Notes under the pieces: model-generated | What the model was told of the DNA's origin: nothing | Database searches by the model: none | What the model saw: only the letters and a program-made list of their open reading frames with translations | Made by a program: the position numbers and the translations under genes | Source: a virus | Lineage: Duplodnaviria > Caudoviricetes | Reading direction: 5' to 3' (one strand) | Length of the DNA: 54,684 nt | Virus record (IMG/VR): IMGVR_UViG_3300012971_000005 | Span: 1 to 54,684 of that record | In this document: piece by piece, positions 26,561 to 36,800 of the stretch | Layout: each line of letters begins with the position of its first letter | Numbering within the stretch: position 1 is the stretch's first letter

Positions 26561-27744
26561 CGTGAGGCAATCCCTATATATTCGAACCAGCCACCCAGAA
26601 ACGCCACCGCCCCCGTATTGGTATCGGCCGGGTCCGTGCCCTCGCGCCGCACCTGAAACACGATGGCATCGTTACCACTAAAAATGTTTGGGCCAAAGGG
26701 AAAAAACCGCAAATAGGAGGTATTGGCCGCCGCCGGCGTCCAGGGGGCCTCCGTAAAGGCAAGCCCAAACTGCGGCTGCGTATCCTTAATCAGCACCGCG
26801 GTATAGGAGAGTTGCACATTCCCAGCCGCCACAGAGTCCGTCAGAAACAACTTGACCGTCGAGTTCTGGCTAAAGTCCATGCCCAGGGGTGCCGGTACCA
26901 GCCAGGAATAGATCGTCGTGGAGCCGTGAGGCCAGCCCGCAATGGCATACGAACTATAGCCAAGGTAGGCAATGCGGGTCGTCTTGGTCGTGTACCATTG
27001 CGGCGTGCCCTTCATTTCCTCAATGACAAAGCGCAGTTGTTGCAGTTGCTGGAGGCCAAAGAGCGGTAAGACCTCCGTCCCCACTTCCCCCGGATCAATC
27101 CCCAACTGCATGGACGCGAGGAGTTCCCGCTTTTGATACCAGGGCACAACATCCGTTGCCCCGCCTTTCAAGGCCCGCAGCACAAAATGCAGTTGCTGGA
27201 GTTCTTGTTCGCCAAAGAGCGGTAAAACCTCCGTCCCCGCATCTCCCGTATCCAGATTAAATTGAAACTGCGCCAGCGTTTCCCGGCTTTGGCGCCAGTT
27301 CGACAAATTCTTCAGTTCACTCACCATGGTGCGCAGTTGCAGAACTTCTTGCGCCACATTCTGCGCCAGAATTTCTGACCCCGGCTCCCCAGGGTCCATG
27401 CCGCTGTTGCCCTCCGCTACGGTATCCGACACCCCAGAGGGAATCGTGGTCCCATCACTCAAGGGCACTGGGACGATGATATTATCAATCGTCGACATCA
27501 CCGTATCATTGGCGGCATGAATGCTGATTTTGTACGCCGTGGAGGCCGTGAGCCAGACATCCATAAAGCCACCCGCATCGGCAATGACCGGATTCGTATT
27601 GACCCCGGTGCCCGCGGCACTATTGTATGTCGCCAGCGGGGTCGTCGTGCCCGCGTGATAGGAATAAAGACGCCCACTGGCGAGCGGATTCCCATTCGCG
27701 TCAAAGAGTTGGAGACGTGGTAAGGCAAGCGCGGCAACAGCCAT
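26557..27744 (-). CDS. Tail protein with tailspike head-binding-like N-terminal domain and three internal repeats
   Basis: LFDANGNPLASGRLYSYHAGTTTPLATY...TNPVIADAGG; three copies of D.G..G.E.L......LQQL.F....KG...WY. Confidence 0.7.
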   Translation of the reverse strand: MAVAALALPRLQLFDANGNPLASGRLYSYHAGTTTPLATYNSAAGTGVNTNPVIADAGGFMDVWLTASTAYKISIHAANDTVMSTIDNIIVPVPLSDGTTIPSGVSDTVAEGNSGMDPGEPGSEILAQNVAQEVLQLRTMVSELKNLSNWRQSRETLAQFQFNLDTGDAGTEVLPLFGEQELQQLHFVLRALKGGATDVVPWYQKRELLASMQLGIDPGEVGTEVLPLFGLQQLQQLRFVIEEMKGTPQWYTTKTTRIAYLGYSSYAIAGWPHGSTTIYSWLVPAPLGMDFSQNSTVKLFLTDSVAAGNVQLSYTAVLIKDTQPQFGLAFTEAPWTPAAANTSYLRFFPFGPNIFSGNDAIVFQVRREGTDPADTNTGAVAFLGGWFEYIGIASR

Positions 27745-27898
27745 CTTAAACTAATCCTTTACGATACATAGAAGTTATTTTCTGCGTCTATCGTGCTATA
27801 CTTCCTTGTGCAGCTAGGGTCTGCAGCCCGACAAGCCAGCACCTGTACTGGTTGCTGCACTCATCCTCTACAGGTTCTAACCAAACAGGAGGTTAGTC

Positions 27899-28657
27899 AT
27901 GCCTCAAGTCTCATCTGTCTGCCAATATCTTCCCTGTAGCACACCGTTTCTCGTGACTGCCTATAAACGCCGCATTGGTGTTGGCTTATATTGTTCAGAC
28001 TACTGCCGTAGTGCTGCACGTCGAGTACCACTGCTGCCTATCCCGTGTGGCTATTGTGGCAGCATCTTTCTGGTTCGTATCACTCTTTTCAAAAACGGTG
28101 AAGGAAAATATTGTTCGAAAGCCTGTCGTGTCAAAGGATTGACGCTGCCATTGCCAGAACGTTTTTGGAACAAAGTTATACGATGTTCTCATGAACAAGA
28201 CTGCATATACTGTTGTTGGACCTGGACTGCTGGCCATGACAAAGCTGGATATCCTACAATCTCGATTACCCATAGCAAACCAGGCCGCGCTTCCCGCGTA
28301 GGCTGGGAACTCTGGCACAACCGACCTCTTCCTGCTCATAAACTTGCCGCCCATTACTGTAACAATCCTCGCTGTATCAATCCCCAGCATATCTATCCAG
28401 CCACAACCCAAGAAAATGCCGCTGATGCTATACGGGCTGGCACACTTGCCCATGGAAGTACACACCACCATAGCACCCTTACTGAAGAAGATATCCTTCG
28501 CATTTTCACTCTTACTGCTCAAGGAGTTTCCCGATATACCATTACTCAGCAAATGCCTGTAAGATATGAAACTGTCTGCCGTATATTACGCCGTGAAGCT
28601 TGGCGCCATGTCCCCATCCCTGACGCCCTCCTCACTGCGATCACCAGGAGGCACTAA
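27899..28657 (+). CDS. Free-standing HNH homing endonuclease (zinc-ribbon repeats, HNH, HTH)
   Basis: YCSDYCR/YCSKACR, ERFWNKV, CWTWT, AHYCNNPRCINPQHI, TTQENAAD; lower GC; AGGAGG RBS; upstream TGCTATACT. Confidence 0.9.
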   Translation: MPQVSSVCQYLPCSTPFLVTAYKRRIGVGLYCSDYCRSAARRVPLLPIPCGYCGSIFLVRITLFKNGEGKYCSKACRVKGLTLPLPERFWNKVIRCSHEQDCIYCCWTWTAGHDKAGYPTISITHSKPGRASRVGWELWHNRPLPAHKLAAHYCNNPRCINPQHIYPATTQENAADAIRAGTLAHGSTHHHSTLTEEDILRIFTLTAQGVSRYTITQQMPVRYETVCRILRREAWRHVPIPDALLTAITRRH

Positions 28658-30150
28658 ACGTTTGCAACCTCCATCTCAAGGTAAGCCCCTAATATAGCTC
28701 TTGGTACTGGATCACTTATACTCACCTCGTAGATTCTCGACCGACTCCGTCCCAGCCGCCGAAAGTAGGCCCGCTTCAGCCGCTGCCCCTCCTGGCCGAG
28801 TGTCGCCCGACGCTCCTCGCTCCAGGTCCCCGTCGCATCATCACTCCAGCGCATCATAAGCTGCGGATCACTCCCCTGCCCCGTGTCGCCCCCGACACCC
28901 ATCTGACAGTCGACTTGCAGCGTATGATGATGCACCCAGGGCAGATTGGCTGCCCCCTTGCCTTGAAACACATACGGCGCCCGGCGCAGAGCGAGCAGGG
29001 GCGCCCCATTATCGTCATACGTCCGCTCATCAAGGATATACACGTTGCCGTTTTCCCAATCACCGACGAGGTGCAGCCCAAAGGCAAACGTATGCGCATT
29101 GGCCCGGTGCCGTTCAAACATGCCCGTCTCCGGGTTCAAATAAGCCCTCTCATGCCACAGTCCCGAGGTCAAGTCAAAGACCCACGTCGCATTGCCGGAG
29201 GGAAACGTCAACCAGTAAAACTCATGGCCGTCGCGCTGCTCGCCCCACGCCAGCGCATCCTGGAGAAACCCGGCGGTGCCTCCAACCGCTTGGCGATAAT
29301 AGTTTTGCCAGGCCGCCTCCGTGGCATGCGTGGACACCCGCGCCAACTGGCCATCACGCATCAGAAACACCATGGCATGGCCCTCCTGATTCGCGGACAG
29401 CCAGAGATGCGCACTGCTCCCCATCGCCGCAACCGAATGAATCGCGACGATGCCCTGCTCACTAAACCCACCCTGAATGCGCTGGAACGGATTGAGGAGA
29501 TCCCCGACGTTCATCCAGCGCTCCGTCGTCGTCGCACCAAACAACCAGATTTCCCGCTGCTGCACCAGTAAAGACACCAGCCGGTCGGGAAAGCCATCCA
29601 CCGAGGCAAAATCTAAGGCATCGAAGTTAATGTTGTTTAAGTCCGTCCAGAAAAACTGATTCGACAGCGGGCGATTAAACAGCAAATAGTGGTCAAGGGT
29701 CTGTACCCGATCAGCGCCGGGAAAGTTGGGGTCAATAATCTGCCGAAAGAGATTGGTCTGCAGATTCAAACTATACCCATAATAGCCATCCACGATGACG
29801 AGGTAGAGGCCATTATCGGCCATACTCACGGGGCCTTGACTCGTCAGGAAAAACCCACGCTGCACAAGCTCGCCATAGGCCGTCACCTCATACAGGTCAT
29901 TGCCTGCCGCAATAAAACACCGGTCGAGGGTGTCCGCATGCGTCGTGTACAGGCCATTGCCGCGAATGCCCTGCCCCGCTGGCAGGCCAATTGCCGCAAA
30001 CAACTTGAGGCCGGGCGTTCCCAGCAACACCACGGGCGTCTTGCCCTGTTTACTTTCCACGGTTTCTACGTAAAAATTGACCGTTTTTTGTGCATCGGCC
30101 GGCAAGGCCCGCAACGTATACGATCCGCCTACGAAATTTACGGGCGGCAT
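28654..30150 (-). CDS. Packaged DNA stabilisation protein (P22 gp10-like tail hub)
   Basis: TPGLKLF, VSMADNG, DALDFASVDGFPD, GHEFYWLTFP, TWVFD...WHER, MRWSDD, RRLGRSRSRIYEV. Confidence 0.9.
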   Translation of the reverse strand: MPPVNFVGGSYTLRALPADAQKTVNFYVETVESKQGKTPVVLLGTPGLKLFAAIGLPAGQGIRGNGLYTTHADTLDRCFIAAGNDLYEVTAYGELVQRGFFLTSQGPVSMADNGLYLVIVDGYYGYSLNLQTNLFRQIIDPNFPGADRVQTLDHYLLFNRPLSNQFFWTDLNNINFDALDFASVDGFPDRLVSLLVQQREIWLFGATTTERWMNVGDLLNPFQRIQGGFSEQGIVAIHSVAAMGSSAHLWLSANQEGHAMVFLMRDGQLARVSTHATEAAWQNYYRQAVGGTAGFLQDALAWGEQRDGHEFYWLTFPSGNATWVFDLTSGLWHERAYLNPETGMFERHRANAHTFAFGLHLVGDWENGNVYILDERTYDDNGAPLLALRRAPYVFQGKGAANLPWVHHHTLQVDCQMGVGGDTGQGSDPQLMMRWSDDATGTWSEERRATLGQEGQRLKRAYFRRLGRSRSRIYEVSISDPVPRAILGAYLEMEVANV

Positions 30151-30162
30151 GGGATAATCCTA

Positions 30163-30897
30163 TTATTCTGGTTGGCTCAGGTGGTCATAGTAACTATACG
30201 TCCCCACTTTGCGCCCAAATAATCCGTGCGGTACCTGCAACACGGGAATGGAGGCATTGATCGATTCGACCAATTGCCGTGCTTCCAGCGCAATTTTGAC
30301 CGTTTGGGGCGTCAATCGCGCCCCCGGTTGCTGCCCCAAATCCACCGCCAGAGCATGCACGAGCAAGCGCTCATAGCCCGGCGGCAAACTCAGCACATCG
30401 TCTAACTGATCCACGCTGGTAACACTCCATGGATGCCACACCCAGAGCACCAGCTTTTTCGACTGCGTCGGTTGTGGATGCAGAAACAAGGTTCCCAGCG
30501 GCCAACCGGGCTCATAATAAAACCGCGTGGGCAGTGCCGAGGTCAGCTCCCGCACCCGTAAGTTATGGTATTGCTGCCGCTGCAACCGGCCCAGCGGCAA
30601 CTCCAGGGCGGGAACTTGCGATTCATCACGCCAGTTCACCGCCTCAATCCGCACCGGTCGCGCAATCGGCACGTCCCCGCCCGGCCCCAGCGTATACTGC
30701 TGCTTCAGCACCGTCATGGTGAACACCTGCCGATCCAGGAAATATACTAGCAATTCTTCCAGAGCCCAGGCGTCCACCATTTGATTCAAAACGGTGAGGC
30801 AATCCTGGGCCAGGGTAGCGTCGAGAACCTCCCCCGCAGCCCGCAAGCCAACAAGCAACGCACTTTGGTGAATCAGGTCACGCACGGTACCCATCAC
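30163..30897 (-). CDS. Head-to-tail connector (P22 gp4-like)
   Basis: TVRDLI, DCLTVLNQMVDAW, RPVRIE, LPPGYERLLVHALAVDL; synteny. Confidence 0.8.
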   Translation of the reverse strand: MMGTVRDLIHQSALLVGLRAAGEVLDATLAQDCLTVLNQMVDAWALEELLVYFLDRQVFTMTVLKQQYTLGPGGDVPIARPVRIEAVNWRDESQVPALELPLGRLQRQQYHNLRVRELTSALPTRFYYEPGWPLGTLFLHPQPTQSKKLVLWVWHPWSVTSVDQLDDVLSLPPGYERLLVHALAVDLGQQPGARLTPQTVKIALEARQLVESINASIPVLQVPHGLFGRKVGTYSYYDHLSQPE

Positions 30898-30919
30898 TTA
30901 CTTCTTTATGATATAGTAC

Positions 30920-31411
30920 TTATGGGTTTACCGAAAATAACGCCATTGACCGCGCTATAGCATCCATCGTGTCATCGTTGACCATCTCAAGGAGCAGGAA
31001 GCCGGTGCCCTCCGTAAACGCCGTGACCGCCGACACGGTAAAAACGAGGGTATCGCCCCGGTTAAACTTGTTGAGGCCCGTAATGGCCGTGGCGGCAACC
31101 TGCGCTCCCTCCGGCGTACAGTTGGCACTCGTGAGGGCTAAGACGCCGCCCGTCATCACCGTTGATACCGCCGCCGCCGTGACAATCTTCGGGGTCAGCG
31201 TTGCCGCCTTGGCCGCCGTCGTCACCTTACTAAACACGCTGAAGCGGTACGAATCCAGACGCCCCTTAAAGGGCACGGTATACTGGATCTGATCCCCGGC
31301 CACGAAACCCGTCAACGCCAGATATATCGACACCGGGATACTCCCTGCTCCCGGCGCGATGTTCTCCAGGGTCATCACCTGACCTTCAACATTCGGTCCC
31401 GGAAAGGCCAT
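30920..31411 (-). CDS. Hypothetical virion (possible decoration) protein
   Basis: AGGAG RBS; TGATG coupling; beta-rich; downstream of the coat gene. Confidence 0.6.
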   Translation of the reverse strand: MAFPGPNVEGQVMTLENIAPGAGSIPVSIYLALTGFVAGDQIQYTVPFKGRLDSYRFSVFSKVTTAAKAATLTPKIVTAAAVSTVMTGGVLALTSANCTPEGAQVAATAITGLNKFNRGDTLVFTVSAVTAFTEGTGFLLLEMVNDDTMDAIARSMALFSVNP

Positions 31412-31833
31412 CAGCTTCTCCTTCCACGCCCATGCGTTTCTGCTTCCGCCTCTTGCGCCGGCACCACCTGGGCTGCCTCTAAGGCGTCCACCCGCGCGGC
31501 CAGGGCGTCCATCTGCGCTTGATGCGAGGTCAGCAACCCTAAGACCTGCTGGTACGTATCCGGCGACACATACGCCGCTGGCTCCGGCGGCGCATTGGCC
31601 ACAGACACCGACGACGCCGGCGCCGTCTCGACGCCAAACGCGGCCAGGCTGTCGCGCCAGCCAGCGGCCCATAGCGCACTGTAGCGCGCAAAACTGTGCA
31701 CTTCATCAAGCAAATGCCGGCCATCGGTATCGACAAAAGCCAGATAGCACGGCTCAAACGTCTCCAGGCTCATCCCCATGCCGGGAGCAATCGTCACATC
31801 GCCCCCAGCCACCACGGTCACGTCATCCGCCAT
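31411..31833 (-). CDS. Hypothetical protein
   Basis: GAAAGGA RBS; coupled to the next gene. Confidence 0.6.
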   Translation of the reverse strand: MADDVTVVAGGDVTIAPGMGMSLETFEPCYLAFVDTDGRHLLDEVHSFARYSALWAAGWRDSLAAFGVETAPASSVSVANAPPEPAAYVSPDTYQQVLGLLTSHQAQMDALAARVDALEAAQVVPAQEAEAETHGRGRRS

Positions 31834-31873
31834 ACATACGTTCCTTTCCATCTTTACACTATGTGTAAAGATG

Positions 31874-32809
31874 TCAATCCTTCTGTTTATCTACATACTG
31901 TGCACGTCCAGTCTTGAGACGATAGCTTACTTGCATAAGACTCAAGCCTGTCGCGCGCACTGCATCCATCATCGAGGGATATTCCACGCCACCAAGCATG
32001 ATCGCTCTAGCCTTCCAGTTCTTTCCTCCTGTCCGTGATGCCGACATCTTGGCTTTGGTATCTTCGCGGTGCGGAATGCCTTTGTTCCAGGCTTTCTGCC
32101 CTTTATGGAGCGCCGATAACTTCTGACGGTGTGCCTCAGATAACGGGCCAAGTTTTTTCCCAAGCGTAGGGCTAGGACGTCCCTGCGCTTTCGCTGCCAT
32201 CTTCGCCCGTGCCTCTGCAGAATGTTTCCGCCCCTGCATCGGATTAGCATGCGTCGCGTAATAATCCTTCAGTCCTGCCGACACTTGAGCCTTTGTCGCC
32301 TCATCCCGTGGTTTGCCCCGCCTAGCAGCGGCAATCTTTTCCCTGGCCTCCTCGGTATGATGCTGTCCACGCCAGGCATCTGACGCCTCGGCCAGTTTCT
32401 GCCGCCTTGCTGCGGACACTGGCACACCTTTGCCACGATGATGCCCCGAATTCACTTCTAACAGCTTGGCTTTGTGCTCAGCACTCATGCCTTTTCCGTA
32501 CAGGCCATTCGCCTCTGCAAGTTGCCCTTCCCCGCCAGACGTCATGTTATAGCCAAGTGGCCCAAACGTCTGATACTGCGCAATGGCAACTCGTTCCATC
32601 GCACATAACGCTTCCCAAGAATCCGCCTGCCCAAGAATCGTCACGACAAATGCCTCTTTCCCGTACTTGCGTATCGCCCGCGCAAAGGCGGTTTCTAACC
32701 CATGCCGCGCTTGGGCCACATGATCACGCCAGCGGGCTGCCACGGATTTCGTGGTAATCCCGATGTAGCGCTTCTCCGTTACCGTATTAATCACGAGATA
32801 CAGATACAT
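31874..32809 (-). CDS. Free-standing GIY-YIG homing endonuclease with NUMOD3 repeats
   Basis: YLYLVINTVTEKRYIGIT, RWRDH, GYNMTSGGEG; repeats HTEEAREKI, HSAEARAKM, HREDTKAKMS. Confidence 0.9.
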   Translation of the reverse strand: MYLYLVINTVTEKRYIGITTKSVAARWRDHVAQARHGLETAFARAIRKYGKEAFVVTILGQADSWEALCAMERVAIAQYQTFGPLGYNMTSGGEGQLAEANGLYGKGMSAEHKAKLLEVNSGHHRGKGVPVSAARRQKLAEASDAWRGQHHTEEAREKIAAARRGKPRDEATKAQVSAGLKDYYATHANPMQGRKHSAEARAKMAAKAQGRPSPTLGKKLGPLSEAHRQKLSALHKGQKAWNKGIPHREDTKAKMSASRTGGKNWKARAIMLGGVEYPSMMDAVRATGLSLMQVSYRLKTGRAQYVDKQKD

Positions 32810-32916
32810 AGTTCCCTCCAGTCAGAAAACAGGTAAGCACTAGAAGAAACTATATACGATGACGATTCTATCTACAATATCAGGATAAATCCATCTCCAC
32901 TATAGTTCTATTACTA

Positions 32917-34155
32917 TTAGGCCGCAATGCGCACGGCCAAATCGGGGTATATGTACTGCCAGCCATAGAGCACATCCAACCGGCCCGCACTGATATCATT
33001 CGCTCCGTCCTGATACATATAGAACCGTATCGAGATGTTACTATCGGGGTCACTCACCCGTTCACACAGTTCCCTGGGTACGCCGGGCGGGTAATCCAGA
33101 TCCACAATCGCCAGGGTCAAGGCGTCCCGGTGAAAGCCCAGATTCTGCGGGCTGACCGTATTCGCCGCACCAATGACCGTGAGCGGCGCATTACCCAGCG
33201 GCGAGGCGTTCACCGTCTGAAACTGCGTGCGTGAGCCATCCGGGTTGGGCGGCGTAATGGCCGGGTAAATCGGAATCGTCGCCACGCCTGAGGCATCGCT
33301 GGAGGTCTGCGCCTGCACCACAAAGTTCTGCAAACGCCCGGTGGATTGCCGATTCTGCGGATTGACCGAGTACACCCCCTGAATGGTGAAGACGTCACCC
33401 CGGTTGAGCCGCACACCGACCGCATTGGTCCAGCCGCCCGTTAACAGGTTCGAGCCCGTTTGGCCACCACCCGTCACCGTCGGCGTCCCACCCAGCGGGC
33501 CAACGGTATGCGCCGGAATGTTGACATCTTCATACCAGTCCCAGCCGCCCGATTGATCCATTAAGCCCGTACGGTAGAGTTCACTGATGCCGGGCTGCGG
33601 GTTAAACAGCGTCGTCTTGGCCTCGCCAATGACCGCCATACTATTGGCGCCCAGCATGAGCGAACGCATGCCTTCGCCCTTCGGCGCGCCTTGTTCGGTG
33701 AGAATCGCTCCGGCCTGCCAGTACGTCGCCAGCGAGTTCGGCACCACGCCCGGCGTGCCCAACATCCAGGGCACCTGGTAGTAGATCCCCAGGCCATCCT
33801 CGTCAATGACGTTGGCAATCCGGGCCACGGCGGGTTCGAGATGGCGCCTCCGAAAGTCATCCATGCTGAGGGTGAAGTCAAACGACGTGAAATTGAGATC
33901 CACGCCAAACATCGAGAGCGTCAGATTCGTATATTGCTCGTTGATCCCTTCAAAGTACGCCGTTGCGCCACGCCGCCCGACATAGCGGGGCGGTTTCCTG
34001 AGACTGATCGTCTGGCCGTGCTTGGCCCCTGTCTGGGCAAACTGGTTTTCATACTGCCGGTTCACCCGGTTGCCCATCTGGAGGCGGTTCTTGAGTATCA
34101 TCGCCGACTCGTAAGAAATGTGAGCCGGCGTGAGAAACGTATTATTGGTAGCCAT
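32917..34155 (-). CDS. Major capsid protein (P22 coat family)
   Basis: NTFLT, VNRQYENQF...GAKHGQTISLRKP, GDVFTIQGVYSVNP, QNLGFHRDALTLA, RLDVLYG. Confidence 0.92.
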   Translation of the reverse strand: MATNNTFLTPAHISYESAMILKNRLQMGNRVNRQYENQFAQTGAKHGQTISLRKPPRYVGRRGATAYFEGINEQYTNLTLSMFGVDLNFTSFDFTLSMDDFRRRHLEPAVARIANVIDEDGLGIYYQVPWMLGTPGVVPNSLATYWQAGAILTEQGAPKGEGMRSLMLGANSMAVIGEAKTTLFNPQPGISELYRTGLMDQSGGWDWYEDVNIPAHTVGPLGGTPTVTGGGQTGSNLLTGGWTNAVGVRLNRGDVFTIQGVYSVNPQNRQSTGRLQNFVVQAQTSSDASGVATIPIYPAITPPNPDGSRTQFQTVNASPLGNAPLTVIGAANTVSPQNLGFHRDALTLAIVDLDYPPGVPRELCERVSDPDSNISIRFYMYQDGANDISAGRLDVLYGWQYIYPDLAVRIAA

Positions 34156-34243
34156 AAGGATCCTTATATGTGAGCCTCACGAGCCCTGATGCCTGCCAGA
34201 GCGATGTACTCGCGAGGTGCTTGCCGTCCCTATGGCCTAGAGC

Positions 34244-35308
34244 TTAAGGACGGCCATTTCTCTCTTTCATCCGCATCTGCTCATAATCACTGAGCGCCAT
34301 CCCCGCATGAAAACCCATCACGGGTTGCGCACTCCCGGTCCCCACCGGCGCCAGGGGCACGGGCGCTGGGGGCGCTGGGGGCGCCGGCGCCACAGACGCA
34401 CCCGCGCGCCCGGCGCGGTCCCGACTGTGCCCCTGCTCCCGCGCCAGACGTGCTTCCAACCCCACCAGATAGCGCGCCGCCGCATCCGGCGTCATGGCGT
34501 TAAAGGCCCGCAATTCCTCGGCATGCGTGCCCAGGTGATACATCAGGGCCGCCCCGTGCTCCGACCCCACGAAAAACGGCGCGAGCACACTGCCCGGCCC
34601 CGTCGCGACCTGCAACTGCGCCATGCGGCGATCATAGTCCGGGTACTTCAGGCGCCCCTCTTCGCTCCGCTGCCGCCACTGCTCCTCGACCTGGTGCGCC
34701 GCCAGTGCCCGCTGCTGTGCCACGGTCTCCGCGGCCTCCAGCTCCCGCCAGTACAGCCGCAAATCATCTTCATACTGCTGATAATCGCCGTAGTGCTGTG
34801 GCTGCGGCCGCGGCCGCATCCCCGGAGGCCCCGGAGGCACGGCCGGCCCCTGCCCTTGCGGCGCCCCCTGTGGCTCCACAGGTGCCCGCTGCAAAGCCGC
34901 TAACTGTCCCTCCAGAAACGCTAAGCGCTGTTCACGTTCCATGTCCCGCGCCAGCAACTCCGTATGCCGGCGCTGATAGTGTTGATTCTCTTCCCACAGC
35001 CGGGCGCGAAAGCGACGGTTCGACTCGCCCGGATGCTGACCCAAATCCTGGGGTGTAGGCGCTGGGGACACTGCGGGCTCCGCAGGTGCCTCAGACGCCG
35101 CGCCCGCGTCGTCTCCCGGCTCTGTGGGCTCCACAGGCACCGGGATGTCATCGTCATCGCCCTCTGCGGGCTCCGCAGGGGGTGGTGGTGCGGTGGGTGC
35201 AGGCGAGGTCGTCTCGACTGTGAACCGTGGATGATTGGCATCCGCGACCGGCGTAATCGTGCCGTCTGCATTCAACACCGCGCCACTGGCAAATACTGGT
35301 CCTGCCAT
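34244..35308 (-). CDS. Scaffolding protein
   Basis: Acidic/Pro N-terminus, coiled coil, KYPDYD, SEHGAALMYHLG; directly upstream of the coat gene. Confidence 0.8.
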   Translation of the reverse strand: MAGPVFASGAVLNADGTITPVADANHPRFTVETTSPAPTAPPPPAEPAEGDDDDIPVPVEPTEPGDDAGAASEAPAEPAVSPAPTPQDLGQHPGESNRRFRARLWEENQHYQRRHTELLARDMEREQRLAFLEGQLAALQRAPVEPQGAPQGQGPAVPPGPPGMRPRPQPQHYGDYQQYEDDLRLYWRELEAAETVAQQRALAAHQVEEQWRQRSEEGRLKYPDYDRRMAQLQVATGPGSVLAPFFVGSEHGAALMYHLGTHAEELRAFNAMTPDAAARYLVGLEARLAREQGHSRDRAGRAGASVAPAPPAPPAPVPLAPVGTGSAQPVMGFHAGMALSDYEQMRMKERNGRP

Positions 35309-35375
35309 CGTACGTACTCCTCAACACAGCCCGGTTTGGGTCGGGCAGCCACCCACGATGATCGGCATCAAGACA

Positions 35376-35418
35376 CAAAAAGAGCGCCAAATCCGCCCGT
35401 TGCAACGGATTGGCGCTC
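35376..35418 (-). terminator. Hairpin with T-tract upstream of scaffold/coat
   Basis: Minus strand GAGCGCCAATCCG-loop-CGGATTTGGCGCTC followed by TTTTTG. Confidence 0.55.
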
Positions 35419-35519
35419 AGCTCTGCACCATGCTCCTAGTGGCCGCTAGGAGTGATGCCGATATGGAAAATTGTCTACGTCTATCGTAAGATATTGTTCA
35501 AGGTTTTTCTAGACCTTGT

Positions 35520-36461
35520 TTAGGCTTTGCTTACTGTTTCATGTTGTCCTAAAGTTAAGACATTCGCTACGGCATCAAACAGCATTTCCGTTTGCCCCAG
35601 ATAAGACGCATGTAACCGCACAGATACCCGTGGAGACACCCGCAAGGTAATGCCGTTGCGCTGGTCATGGCGCGCCATGGCGCCCTTAAACTCCTCCCGC
35701 GCATTGTCGTCACAGACATACAACACATGCTGGACTGCCGCTATACGAGGGAGCAAGACATCTCCATGCCGCTCCTTGAGCAACCGCCGCCAATGCCGCT
35801 CTTTCCGTGTTTTGCCATCCTTCCCATAGGGATTCTCGCAGGTGTCATAGAGGACATCTTGCACGTCTGGGGGCAAAATGCCGTTGATATACAACGCTAC
35901 CACTCCACGACAGCCCGGTGAATGCTGCGATCCACGTGGCGCAGGAAAGCCATACACCCGACTAATCTGGACAAACAACTCCTGCTTATAGAGACAGTCG
36001 GCATCGTGGTCATAGACAGGCAGAAGAAACGCTTTCAGTACCGTCTGTTCGCGCTTGAGTTGCTCAAGTTCTTCGTCTCTGGCAATAAACCATAAGCGCG
36101 TCGCATGCCCACGCGGCGTTTTTTCCAGCATGCAGAGCTGCTTCGCCATGTCTAACGTAATGTCGTAATCTTTGCTCTTAGGTATATGACTAAATATAAC
36201 GTCGTTATTTTTGACGACGTTCCAATCAGTTCCTTCCAAAAAGGCGTATTCTTCAATACGCCTTTCAATCCAATCAACATATTCCGAGTTGACTTCGAGC
36301 CAACGCCAGACTTTTCTGGCATCGATGCAAGGAATCTGCCGACCGTTAAACATCCGCTCTCTAATGGTCAGCACTTGCTCAATCGTCAGCGTCGCGTCTG
36401 CCATGGCATCTTTCACTCGATGCACTTTTTTCGTATACTCCGCCGGTATCAGGTCACTCAT
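35520..36461 (-). CDS. AntA/AntB-type antirepressor with P63C-like C-terminal domain
   Basis: IDARKVWRWLEV...DWIERRIEEYAFLEGTD, DYDITLDMAKQLCMLE, RLWFI. Confidence 0.8.
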   Translation of the reverse strand: MSDLIPAEYTKKVHRVKDAMADATLTIEQVLTIRERMFNGRQIPCIDARKVWRWLEVNSEYVDWIERRIEEYAFLEGTDWNVVKNNDVIFSHIPKSKDYDITLDMAKQLCMLEKTPRGHATRLWFIARDEELEQLKREQTVLKAFLLPVYDHDADCLYKQELFVQISRVYGFPAPRGSQHSPGCRGVVALYINGILPPDVQDVLYDTCENPYGKDGKTRKERHWRRLLKERHGDVLLPRIAAVQHVLYVCDDNAREEFKGAMARHDQRNGITLRVSPRVSVRLHASYLGQTEMLFDAVANVLTLGQHETVSKA

Positions 36462-36531
36462 TGTGTTTCCCCATACGAAACATAGTTAGTACCTGAGGAG
36501 GGCTGGCCCCAGTGGCTGGCCCTTTTATTTT
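36447..36531. promoter_or_regulatory. Duplicated antirepressor leader, copy 2
   Basis: Near-identical to 23514-23598. Confidence 0.75.
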
Positions 36532-36800
36532 GACTTCCCCTTCGGCATCGCCACCAATTCTTTCAAGGTCATATTATCACGTCCATTACGTCCTGCCACC
36601 CCAAATGCGCTGGCGCCGTACGTCGTGTTGCCCTGGCCGTGCCCATAACTGTTACCGTTACTGTTCCCGTTACTGTTACCGTTACGCTCGAGCATCTGGT
36701 GTGCCAAGCGTTCCGCTTCGAGCGCTTTGGCGCCAATCGCGCGCGTCAAATCACCGTTTCTGCCGTTGCGTGCCATGCCTTTTTTCCTTCTTGCTGCCAC
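36525..36800 (-). CDS. Small basic hypothetical protein with NGNS repeats
   Basis: ORF fills an operon gap; NGNS occurs three times. Confidence 0.5.
   Translation of the reverse strand: MAARRKKGMARNGRNGDLTRAIGAKALEAERLAHQMLERNGNSNGNSNGNSYGHGQGNTTYGASAFGVAGRNGRDNMTLKELVAMPKGKSK

Noticed and set aside
27995-28552. 185-aa ORF antisense to the free HNH gene as a second dual-coding case
   Set aside because: No recognisable domain or expression signals, unlike the nested HNH in intein 2.
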